Origin: an uncultured bacterium
GTDB lineage: Bacteria; Fidelibacterota; Marinisomatia; Marinisomatales; UBA1611
NCBI GenBank assembly: GCA_943788175.1
Contig: CALSPG010000007.1
Span: forward strand, 96,001-160,000
Direction of reading: 5' to 3'
Length of the DNA stretch: 64,000 nucleotides
Positions 18,127 through 27,298 of the stretch are shown here, in pieces (within the stretch, counting starts at the first letter, position 1; the number at the start of each line of letters is the position of its first letter). Below the pieces are notes generated by a model that searched no databases, was not told the origin of the DNA, and saw nothing but the letters and a program-made list of their open reading frames with translations. The position numbers and the translations under genes are program-made.

Positions 18127-20823
18127 TTAAACTAATTCAGCTTGTGCGGCTGAAAGTCTTGCAATAGGAACACGGTATGGAGAGCAGCTAACATAATCTA
18201 ATCCATTATTTCTGCAAAAATGAACAGAATCTGGGTCACCACCATGTTCACCGCAGATACCAATTTTTAAAGATGGATTAACTTCTCTTCCATACTGAAC
18301 TGCCATTGTTACCAATTTACCTACACCTTTAACATCTAAACTTTGAAATGGATCTCCTGGTAAGATCTTCCGATCTAAGTATTCAGGTAAAAAAGAGCCT
18401 ATATCATCTCTGCTAAAACCATATGTGGTCTGAGTTAGATCATTGGTTCCAAAACTGAAAAACTCTGCATGCTCCGCAATTTCATCTGCAGTCAAGCATG
18501 CTCTTGGCAGTTCAATCATTGTACCAACTAAATAGTTCAATTTTAAATTAAATTTATTTTCAACTTCTGAAGCTACAGTACGAATTATTTTTTCTTGGTC
18601 TACATATTCTGTAACAGTTCCTATTAAAGGTATCATTATTTCTGGTAAAACATTTAGACCTTCGTTTAATAGTTCTGCAGTTGCTTCCAAGATAGCGCGT
18701 GCTTGCATTTCAGTTATAGCAGGATAAGCAATTCCCAATCGGCATCCACGGTGACCAAGCATTGGGTTTAATTCATGAAGACTTGCTATACGTTGGCTTA
18801 TAACTGACTTGTCAATTCCTATATTATTTGCTAATTCAGTTATCTGCTTATCATCTAAAGTAATAAATTCATGAAGAGGAGGGTCTAATAGTCTAATTGT
18901 TACTGGCTTTCCTTCCATCGCTTTTAAAATTTCTTTAAAATCTTCTTTTTGAAATGGTAATAATCCCATTACAGCTTTTCTTCTGTTATCATCATTTTCT
19001 GACAGTATCATTTTTCTCATAGCAAGAATTCTTTTTTCATCAAAAAACATATGCTCAGTTCTACAAAGACCAATTCCTTCAGCACCAAATTTTATTGCTT
19101 GTTGAGCATCTTCAGGACTTTCAGCATTTGTTCTTATCTTTAACTTTCTATATTCATCTGCCCAAATCATTAATTCTTTATATTCATTATTTTTATCTGG
19201 ATCTGCTGGTATAAGATCTAATTGGCCAAGATAAACTACACCTAAGGTACCATTCATTGTTATCCAGTCACCTTCATTTATTACTTTACTGCCAATTGTT
19301 AGAGTCTTTTTTTCTAAAGATATATTGATTTCGTTACATCCTACAATACAGCATTTTCCCCACCCTCTTGCAACCAATGCAGCATGAGAAGTCATACCTC
19401 CTCTAGCAGTTAAAATTGCTTCAGCAGCATGCATTCCATGAACATCTTCTGGCGAGGTTTCTTCTCTAACAAGAATTACTTTTTCGCCCTTAGCATTCCA
19501 TGCCTCTGCATCATCAGCTGTAAACACCACTCTTCCTTTTGCTCCACCTGGTCCAGCTGGAAGACCTTTTGTCAATTTTATAGCTTTATCTTCACTAGCC
19601 TTATCTAAAGTTGGGTGCAGTAATTCATCAAGTTGATTTGGGTTGACTCTCATTAGAGCAACTTTTTTATCAATCATCTTTTCTTTATACATTTCAACAG
19701 CTATTTTTATTGCAGCTACGCCATTACGTTTTCCTACTCTGGTTTGTAGCATCCATAATTTCCCCTCTTCTATTGTAAACTCGATATCTTGCATGTCAGA
19801 GTAATGTTGTTCAAGTCTGTTTTTTATATTAAAAAGCTCTTCATATATTTTTGGCATTAAATCTTCTAATGAAGGTAGGTGATTTGTTTCTTCTGTTTTT
19901 GTGTCTTCATTCAATGGGTTAGGAGTTCTGAGTCCAGCAACGACATCTTCACCTTGCGCATTAGTAAGCCACTCGCCAAAGAATTCATTTTTGCCTGTAG
20001 CAGGGTTTCTTGTAAAAGCAACGCCAGTTGCTGAATCTTCCCCAGTATTTCCAAAAACCATAGTTTGAACATTTACAGCTGTTCCCCATTTTTCTGGTAT
20101 ATTTTCAATTTTTCTATAACTAATTGCTCTAGAACCATTCCAACTTTTAAAAACGGCTTCTATTCCGCCCCATAATTGATCTTCAGCATTATCTGGGAAT
20201 TCTGACCCGAGGGATGTCTTTATCTCATTTTTAAATATTTCTATAACCTTTTTCCAATCATTTTCAGATAAGTCGGTATCATTTTCTAAATTGTTGTTAG
20301 ACTTGTAAGTAGATAGATGATGTTCAAGTTTATGTCTAATTCCTTTATCTCCATCTGGTTCGATACCTGCAGCTTTTTCCATTACTACATCAGAATACAT
20401 TGTTATAAGTCTTCTATATGCATCATAAACAAATCTAGGGTTATTAGTTTTTTCAATAAGCCCGGGTATTGTCTCACTTGTTAATCCAATATTTAGCACT
20501 GTTTCCATCATACCTGGCATAGATTGTCTTGCTCCAGATCTTACTGACAAAAGTAATGGGTTGTCTGCATCGCCAAATTTTGTGCCCATTATGGATTCAA
20601 CTTCAGATAATGATTTTTTTACTTCACTAGTTAGGCTTTCAGGGAACGACCTATTATTTTTGTAATACTCTGTACAGACTTCCGTGGTAAGAGTAAATCC
20701 CGGGGGGACAGGAATGTCTAGCAAATTCATTTCTGCTAGATTTGCGCCTTTCCCTCCAAGTAAATTTTTCATATCAGCTTTACCATCTGCCTTACCATCA
20801 CCAAAATTATATACATACTTCAT
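18127..20823 (-). CDS. ppdK: Pyruvate, phosphate dikinase
   Basis: LLGGKGANLAEM, LLLSVRSGA..SMPGMM, GGMTSHAA (phospho-His), GIGLCRTEHMF, SFGTNDLTQ, GICGEHGGDP. Confidence 0.98.
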   Translation of the reverse strand: MKYVYNFGDGKADGKADMKNLLGGKGANLAEMNLLDIPVPPGFTLTTEVCTEYYKNNRSFPESLTSEVKKSLSEVESIMGTKFGDADNPLLLSVRSGARQSMPGMMETVLNIGLTSETIPGLIEKTNNPRFVYDAYRRLITMYSDVVMEKAAGIEPDGDKGIRHKLEHHLSTYKSNNNLENDTDLSENDWKKVIEIFKNEIKTSLGSEFPDNAEDQLWGGIEAVFKSWNGSRAISYRKIENIPEKWGTAVNVQTMVFGNTGEDSATGVAFTRNPATGKNEFFGEWLTNAQGEDVVAGLRTPNPLNEDTKTEETNHLPSLEDLMPKIYEELFNIKNRLEQHYSDMQDIEFTIEEGKLWMLQTRVGKRNGVAAIKIAVEMYKEKMIDKKVALMRVNPNQLDELLHPTLDKASEDKAIKLTKGLPAGPGGAKGRVVFTADDAEAWNAKGEKVILVREETSPEDVHGMHAAEAILTARGGMTSHAALVARGWGKCCIVGCNEINISLEKKTLTIGSKVINEGDWITMNGTLGVVYLGQLDLIPADPDKNNEYKELMIWADEYRKLKIRTNAESPEDAQQAIKFGAEGIGLCRTEHMFFDEKRILAMRKMILSENDDNRRKAVMGLLPFQKEDFKEILKAMEGKPVTIRLLDPPLHEFITLDDKQITELANNIGIDKSVISQRIASLHELNPMLGHRGCRLGIAYPAITEMQARAILEATAELLNEGLNVLPEIMIPLIGTVTEYVDQEKIIRTVASEVENKFNLKLNYLVGTMIELPRACLTADEIAEHAEFFSFGTNDLTQTTYGFSRDDIGSFLPEYLDRKILPGDPFQSLDVKGVGKLVTMAVQYGREVNPSLKIGICGEHGGDPDSVHFCRNNGLDYVSCSPYRVPIARLSAAQAELV

Positions 20824-20866
20824 TTATTTAATCTTTCTTTTATTTTGTCTATTAATGTTACTTGAA

Positions 20867-21853
20867 TTATTTATAGATATTTGAAATCCATGGTTTAAAC
20901 TTAAATTCTTTTTTTAGTTTTATGGAAACTTGCTTTGCTACAGAAATCATTTTGTACTCACCATGCTGGACTCTGAACCAAGTTCTCTCTTTTACCCAAG
21001 CTTCTGTTACTTTTGAGGGATAACCCAAATTTGTCATTTTTTTTGCTAGATTTTCTGCTGCTTTTTTATTCTCAAAAGAGTTTAGTTGAATTGTGTAATA
21101 CTCGGTTTTTCCTTTTTTGTCTTTTTTTAATATTTTGTGCGGAGGCGATGTTTTGACTTGATTAGCCAATTTAATAATAGGTTTTAAACCTGGCTTCTTT
21201 TTTTTAATCGTTTTTATGATGTTTATAGCTTCGGCTTTATTGATATAACCACTTGAAATTAACTTGTAGAAATCGCTTCCTTCAGAAGATTTAATTTTTT
21301 CTAAAGATAATGAAATATTATTTAAAGTTAGGTCTTTAAATAAATTTTTTGCGTTATTCTCATTTCGGAAAGATGCTATTTGCACATAGTAGTTTTCACT
21401 ATTTATGGTTTTTGACAGATTTTGTTTTTCTTCTGGAGGTTGGTTTAATTTTGTTGCAGGTGCTTCTTTTAGCTTTTTAATATTAATGTTTTTTTCATTG
21501 TTATCTTTTTTTATATCAGCTAAATATATGGCTTCTAACCAACCTTCTTTATTATTGAAAATAGTTTTGTAGTACACTTTTTCATTGTCCGTAGCGCTTA
21601 CTACTATTTTTTCAAGTGCATTTACTTTGATGAAAGCAGGAATTTCATCAATTATTTCTTTACTGAGGACATCTCCATACAGACTTGCATCTTGCTTAGT
21701 TACAAATGTTATTTCAACTGTTTCTTGTGACAGTATTTCATTTTGATTACCGCATGCAGAATGGGATGTTAAGGTGATTAAGATGAAGAGAATAACTATA
21801 AGATATTGGGATAATATTTTATAGTTTATATTTTTTAAATGATTATATCTCAC
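20867..21853 (-). CDS. Envelope protein with two SPOR domains and an N-terminal SH3-like domain
   Basis: N-terminal hydrophobic segment; YYKTIFNNKEGWL; YYVQIASFRNENNA and YTIQLNSFENKKAAENL...WFRVQHGEY. Confidence 0.8.
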   Translation of the reverse strand: MRYNHLKNINYKILSQYLIVILFILITLTSHSACGNQNEILSQETVEITFVTKQDASLYGDVLSKEIIDEIPAFIKVNALEKIVVSATDNEKVYYKTIFNNKEGWLEAIYLADIKKDNNEKNINIKKLKEAPATKLNQPPEEKQNLSKTINSENYYVQIASFRNENNAKNLFKDLTLNNISLSLEKIKSSEGSDFYKLISSGYINKAEAINIIKTIKKKKPGLKPIIKLANQVKTSPPHKILKKDKKGKTEYYTIQLNSFENKKAAENLAKKMTNLGYPSKVTEAWVKERTWFRVQHGEYKMISVAKQVSIKLKKEFKFKPWISNIYK

Positions 21854-21897
21854 AAGATTGCGACTAATTGTTAGTAAGATAATATTAATAAAAGTAA

Positions 21898-24800
21898 TTA
21901 AAAAACAGGGGAGAAGTATCTTATTTCTTTTAAATTCCCTTTATTGTTATAAAAATACCATTTATCAACCATTTTTCCACTTTTATATGCACCTTGCATT
22001 TCTTTGCGTGTCTTATCATAATCTCGCCAACTCGTCCAGGTACCGTCTTTTTTCCCATTTAGATATTCACCCTCTGTAAGTTTTCCATCCTCAAAATATG
22101 CTATCCATTTCCCGTTTTTGAGACCTTCGTTAAAAAGTCCTTCCTGAGTTTTTTTACCGCTCTCATTGTAAAACACCCACTTACTATGCGCATTACCATT
22201 TTTTAAGGTACCTTCTTTTTCTTTTTCTCCATTTTTATAATAAAATGTCCATTTACCATTGTAAATACCATTTTCATAGGTACCAATATCTTTTATTTGT
22301 TGGTTAGAGTAGTATGTTGTCCATAAGCCGTGTTTTTTGCCATCTTTATATGCTCCTAAAGTTTCTTTTCCACCGCTCCATGTTCCTCTGGGTTGAGGCT
22401 CTGGAACAGGCATTAAAACAACTTCAGGGACTTTTTTGCTCTCGTACCACCTAATCCAAGGTCCGTCTTTTTTACCATTCAGTAATCTACCTAAAAATAA
22501 ATACTCTTCTTCTTTGTTTTCATCTGCGATTACACCGGTAAACGGTTTGGTATTATCATTAATTTTATAGAGTAGTTCAGTTTCGTCAATTTTAGATAAA
22601 TCTTTAAATTTTACATGGTCAAGGTTTTTTCCGTAGTCAAAAGTAAAATCAACTTGCCCATCTTTATTCCAGTAAGTCCAAACACCTTCGGGTTTAGAAA
22701 GATTTTTTTCAATATTGGCAGATAAGTTTCCTTCTTTCTTCTTACTACCGTTTTTATAAAAATATGTAGTTAACCCATCTTTAATATTCTTTTTGTGGAA
22801 CCCTTGTTCCATAATTTGGTCACTATTTAAATACCAAGTTACCCATGGGCCATTTGCTATCTCTTTTCCTGTTTCAGATTCTCCTTTATAAGTAATCATT
22901 TTTGACCTGAAACCATCAATCCAAGATGTTGCAGGTCCGTTAAGCTCTCCGTTTTTCCAAAATTTTTCGTATTGTTTTCCTAGACTATCTGACGAAGAGA
23001 TAACCCATTTAGTTTCTCTTCCATTTAGGAGATCATTTGAATAAGTAAGCTCTTGAGTTACAGCTCCATCTTTATTGTAGTAAAGCCAAAGTCCAGATCT
23101 TTCATTTTTTGAAAATGTTCCCTCACTGCTTTTTATTCCTGTTGGAAACCACGAAAACCAAGCGCCCTCCTTTAAGCCGTCTATGTAGTATCCCTCTTCT
23201 TCTTTATTGTCGTTTAAATACCACCACCAGCTCCACAATTCATTACTTTCATCTTTATAGACACCATCTTTGTATTCCCAGTTTCCATTTTCTACATATT
23301 TAAGAGTGGGGTCTTCTTTATACCATTTTGTCCATCTGCCATGCGGGAGCCCTTTTTTATACCGTTGTTCTTCTTTTAGATGCCCATTATCAAACCAATA
23401 TTTATATAAGCTATCAACTTTCCCGAAACTAAAAGTTCCTTGTTCCTTTGATTTACCATTATTATACGAAAGAGACCATTCCCCGTGTTTTTTACCTCTA
23501 TAATATTCACCTTGGACTTCAACTTGTCCGTTATCATACCACTGAACCCATTTACCATCTCTCGCACCATCTAAAAATCTTCCAAGAAGTTTGTATCCTC
23601 TTTTACCACCAATTTCTTCAACGATTCCAGTATAAGGCTCATATTTACCAATCTTGTAAGTAATACCATCACGTTCTTCAATTTCACCTAAAGTGACTCT
23701 CTCTAAACCATCACCGTAATCAAATTTTAGCCACCTTTTTCCACCTTTTTCCCAATAAGTCCATTCGCCTTCTCTTTCTTTACCTCTCATGATGCCTTGT
23801 CTATCAATGTCACCTTCTTTATACCATTTGGTCACATTACCGTCGATTATATCATTTACAAAAGTTTCTTCATGGAGTTTATGATATGCAGCTCCAGAAG
23901 AATCATTCCAAACGGTCCATACACCATGTTTTTTTTCTTCTTTGTAGAAGCCTTCTTTGTCTTTGAGCCCATTGCTTCTCCACCAAACCCAGGGGCCATC
24001 TTTTTGACCTTCAAGATAGCTAGACTTGAGGGAGTCTACCCCGGTTGTATACCAATAATGCCAAGCACCATCTCTATCACCATTTTTAAAATTTTTATGA
24101 AACTTTTTGTGCTGATCACTTGAATCGCCAAACCATTTAATATGCGGCCCATTTTTAATACCAGTATTATAATTTATTTCTTCACTTTTCTGTCCGTTTT
24201 TACCCCAAAAAACCCATTTATTGTGTTTTTTGTTATCAATGTAATCTCCATCTTGTTCTTTGATTATTCCACCTTGGTACCAACGAATGTATTTACCGTT
24301 GAGTTTTCCATCACTATAAGTAGCAAGAAATCTTTTATTACCATTTTCATACCAAGTGTTCCAGGTGCTATCTCTTTCACCGTTTTTAAAGTTTCTTTCT
24401 CTTCTTTTTTGGCCATCTTCAAACCATTCTGTCCACAAACCTTCTTGTACACCATCGATGTAAAAGGTTTCTTCTTTTTTAATTCCGGTTTCTTTGTAAT
24501 AGAGTGTCCACAACCCTTGCTGCTTTCCATTAATGTAGTTTTTTTCTTCTATTTTGTTACCATTAGAGTTCCAGTAAGATTGCAGGCCACTAAACTTACC
24601 GTTAGAATAATTTAGTTCAGTTTTTCTTTTTCCATCCTTAAAAAATTCTGTCCATGTTCCATCTCGGTTGCCATTTAAGTAGTTGCCTTGGAGTTTTAAT
24701 TTTGGTTTAAATTCTGGGATAACTACTTCGATTGAGTCCCACCGTCCATTATTTTCTAGTGTATCTTTAGTATTGGCTTCACCATCTTCACCGTAATCAT

Positions 24801-24981
24801 ACCACCATACTTCTTGCCAATATTCTGCCCAAGCACCATTTCGAACACCGTTGGCATAATTACCTTCTACCTTCAGTCCACCATCAGGATATTTAGTAAC
24901 AACTAAACCATTGTTCTGTGCCCACATTGCAGATAGCAGTAAAACCGCAGTAAGTAACTGTTTCATAGTTTTTATATACAT
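21898..24981 (-). CDS. Large exported MORN-variant (YwqK-like) repeat protein
   Basis: Signal peptide AMWA|Q; dozens of G.W..(W/Y)(Y/F).NG.K..EG.Y..G.K.G repeats. Confidence 0.85.
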   Translation of the reverse strand: MYIKTMKQLLTAVLLLSAMWAQNNGLVVTKYPDGGLKVEGNYANGVRNGAWAEYWQEVWWYDYGEDGEANTKDTLENNGRWDSIEVVIPEFKPKLKLQGNYLNGNRDGTWTEFFKDGKRKTELNYSNGKFSGLQSYWNSNGNKIEEKNYINGKQQGLWTLYYKETGIKKEETFYIDGVQEGLWTEWFEDGQKRRERNFKNGERDSTWNTWYENGNKRFLATYSDGKLNGKYIRWYQGGIIKEQDGDYIDNKKHNKWVFWGKNGQKSEEINYNTGIKNGPHIKWFGDSSDQHKKFHKNFKNGDRDGAWHYWYTTGVDSLKSSYLEGQKDGPWVWWRSNGLKDKEGFYKEEKKHGVWTVWNDSSGAAYHKLHEETFVNDIIDGNVTKWYKEGDIDRQGIMRGKEREGEWTYWEKGGKRWLKFDYGDGLERVTLGEIEERDGITYKIGKYEPYTGIVEEIGGKRGYKLLGRFLDGARDGKWVQWYDNGQVEVQGEYYRGKKHGEWSLSYNNGKSKEQGTFSFGKVDSLYKYWFDNGHLKEEQRYKKGLPHGRWTKWYKEDPTLKYVENGNWEYKDGVYKDESNELWSWWWYLNDNKEEEGYYIDGLKEGAWFSWFPTGIKSSEGTFSKNERSGLWLYYNKDGAVTQELTYSNDLLNGRETKWVISSSDSLGKQYEKFWKNGELNGPATSWIDGFRSKMITYKGESETGKEIANGPWVTWYLNSDQIMEQGFHKKNIKDGLTTYFYKNGSKKKEGNLSANIEKNLSKPEGVWTYWNKDGQVDFTFDYGKNLDHVKFKDLSKIDETELLYKINDNTKPFTGVIADENKEEEYLFLGRLLNGKKDGPWIRWYESKKVPEVVLMPVPEPQPRGTWSGGKETLGAYKDGKKHGLWTTYYSNQQIKDIGTYENGIYNGKWTFYYKNGEKEKEGTLKNGNAHSKWVFYNESGKKTQEGLFNEGLKNGKWIAYFEDGKLTEGEYLNGKKDGTWTSWRDYDKTRKEMQGAYKSGKMVDKWYFYNNKGNLKEIRYFSPVF

Positions 24982-25090
24982 ATTTTATACAAATGGAAGG
25001 AAAGCAAATATATTTCTACCTCCCCTCGGATTCCTTTTGTATTATAAATTTAAAACAACAATACCACAAAGTCAAAAAATGAATGAAAAA

Positions 25091-25912
25091 TTAATTTTTC
25101 TTATTTAACCTAATCCAGAAGCTTTGCCCGAATTTGTCGTTTAGGTTTATAAGGCCTTCGTTTGCGTTATTAGTTCCTAGAAAAACGGTTTCCGTTTCAA
25201 ATTTATTGTTTGTTCTTAGGTACCCACCGCCATCAGAAGCATTACCAATGAACGTAGTTAGTTTACCAAACCTATTATATGTTCTAAAATAACCACTACC
25301 TAGAAAAGATCCAGTTTCCCCAGAATTATCATAAATTCTAATTTGACCAGAGCTATCTGCTCCCGTTCCAACATAAATACTTTCTTGTCCACTAAAATTA
25401 TATGTTCTTAGGTATCCACCTCCATTTGTACCGGTACCGAGAAATATAGTTCTCTCTCCAAATTGATTATAAGCTTGAAGATATCCATCACCAATGTAGG
25501 ATCTTGTTTCTCCTAGTTTGTCGTAGATACGCAATTGGCCAGAATTATCAGATCCAGTACCTAGGTAAGAAGTTTCTCGACCTGAATTATTATAAGTTCT
25601 TATGTATCCACCGCCCATTCTTCCAGTTCCGACATAAGCGGATTCATCACCTTCTCCATTGTATGCTCTAAGGTATCCTCCACCATCTTTTCCAGTACCC
25701 ACAAATAATGTTGGCTCACCAAAAGTGTTATAAGTTTGCATGTAGCCATTTCCCATATAGCCCATAACTACACCGCGATCATCTTCAACCGTAATGCTTT
25801 TAACTACAAGGTGTCCAAGTTCATCGGTCTCAGGTCTAAATCCAAAGATGGATAGAAAAAGTAGAGTGATTAAAACTCCAATTATAGTACTTTTAACATC
25901 AATGAATCTCAT
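25091..25912 (-). CDS. Membrane-anchored Gly-rich beta-repeat hypothetical protein
   Basis: N-terminal TM IDVKSTIIGVLITLLFLSIFG; about 10 repeats of GY(L/I)R(T/A)YN..G.E..(F/Y)(L/V)GTG..G. Confidence 0.7.
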   Translation of the reverse strand: MRFIDVKSTIIGVLITLLFLSIFGFRPETDELGHLVVKSITVEDDRGVVMGYMGNGYMQTYNTFGEPTLFVGTGKDGGGYLRAYNGEGDESAYVGTGRMGGGYIRTYNNSGRETSYLGTGSDNSGQLRIYDKLGETRSYIGDGYLQAYNQFGERTIFLGTGTNGGGYLRTYNFSGQESIYVGTGADSSGQIRIYDNSGETGSFLGSGYFRTYNRFGKLTTFIGNASDGGGYLRTNNKFETETVFLGTNNANEGLINLNDKFGQSFWIRLNKKN

Positions 25913-25956
25913 TGTGCCTCCTGAAATTAAATTTCACCAAAATTATAAAGTTTAAT

Positions 25957-26997
25957 TTAATCATATTCATAAGTAATAATATTAATTAGTATTGGTTCGC
26001 CTTGTTCAGATGGTTTAAGCATATCATAGTCATGTACTCTTGCTATGTTTCCATTTTTATCATAACCCATTGTCTTTTTTTGAATTAATCTACTTTTATC
26101 ATCAAAGGTAGCCTGGATGATTTTTTTATTGAGGCTATTATTTCTGTATTCAATTCTACGTATAAGCTTTTTAGAAGCATCCGTAATTATCTTTGTTTCT
26201 CTTCCTAGTTTTTCATCATACAAATTAGTAATAGTTTTTTCAAGGTTTCCATCCATATTATAATGTATTATGCTGCCAACTCTTCCAGATTCATCATATT
26301 CAAATTGTTCAGAACCAATTGCATAACCCCTTCTTGAGCTTATTATTTGGTCGACATTACCATCATCATTATAGGAGTACGTAATTTTTTTCATTATTGA
26401 GGGATCAAAATTTTCTTCTTTTACAAATATATTTCCACTACTGTCCTTATCATAGATGGTGTGCTCGATTATAAAACCAGCATAAAATTCTTTATGTTCT
26501 TTAATCTTGCCATCATCATTGTAATCAAAACTTTCGCCCCAAGGCATATTTTCATTATCTGTATTTAAACCATCTAATTTGTTAGACATATTTACTTTTG
26601 ACGGATCAAATCTTATTATTTTCCATAAATTACCGTTGCTGTAATATTTATAAAATTCTCGCCACTTCAAAGAGTCGTCATTGGAACTGTATAGGTGTTT
26701 AGCTACGAGTTTCCCACCCATATTGTAATCATATTTAAAATGCATTAAACGTTCAATGCCTTCTAGTTTTTGAAGTGATTTTCTATTCTTATAGTTGATG
26801 TAGTCATATTTTTTTGATAACGGAATGTTATGTAAATATATAGTGCTATCTAACGTTTGGCGTTTTGAATTATATCTAACAACTGTGGATTGAGAAAGCT
26901 CTCTAGTTTCTGTGCCAAAATTCTGTGAGATGCTGTAGCTTTTAATTATTTTTGCATTCGTTTTACCAAATACAATAAGGCCTGGCATTAACAACAA
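25957..26997 (-). CDS. Exported YD/RHS-like repeat protein; start uncertain (ATT 27018 or frameshifted ATG 27028)
   Basis: Repeated Y.Y(D/N)..G motifs (YDYNMGG, FDYNDDGK, YSYNDDGN, FEYDESGR, YDKNGN); ends TYEYD. Confidence 0.7.
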   Translation of the reverse strand: MLLMPGLIVFGKTNAKIIKSYSISQNFGTETRELSQSTVVRYNSKRQTLDSTIYLHNIPLSKKYDYINYKNRKSLQKLEGIERLMHFKYDYNMGGKLVAKHLYSSNDDSLKWREFYKYYSNGNLWKIIRFDPSKVNMSNKLDGLNTDNENMPWGESFDYNDDGKIKEHKEFYAGFIIEHTIYDKDSSGNIFVKEENFDPSIMKKITYSYNDDGNVDQIISSRRGYAIGSEQFEYDESGRVGSIIHYNMDGNLEKTITNLYDEKLGRETKIITDASKKLIRRIEYRNNSLNKKIIQATFDDKSRLIQKKTMGYDKNGNIARVHDYDMLKPSEQGEPILINIITYEYD

Positions 26998-27247
26998 TAG
27001 TAAAAGTTTATTTACAATCTTTGTTCATAATTTTTTGCATATGTAGTACGTTTAAAAATTAATTTTTAATTATTCACTTATTAAATGAATAGGGTCACTC
27101 AATCTAAAAAGCTTTTTAAAACTCTTTAAGATTACTATTAAAAATTTAATAAAATCACAAAATTTTCATACTTAAAGTAATTGATTAAATAGCTTAATTT
27201 TCTATAAGTCCCTTTATGGTAGGTATTTAAAGAATATTAATTTATTG

Positions 27248-27277
27248 TTGACATTAGATTAAAGAATGTTTTAATAT
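27248..27277 (+). promoter_or_regulatory. Possible sigma70 promoter
   Basis: TTGACA at 27248-27253 with TTTAAT or TAATAT 16-18 nt downstream; GGAG before ATG 27299. The AT-rich context lowers specificity. Confidence 0.4.
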
Positions 27278-27298
27278 TAAATCATAGCGGAGTCCAAT

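Noticed and set aside
21898-26997. Polymorphic toxin/immunity (Rhs, YwqJK) locus
   Set aside because: No Rhs core signature (DPxG), no toxin domain and no small immunity gene; the proteins carry Sec-type signals.
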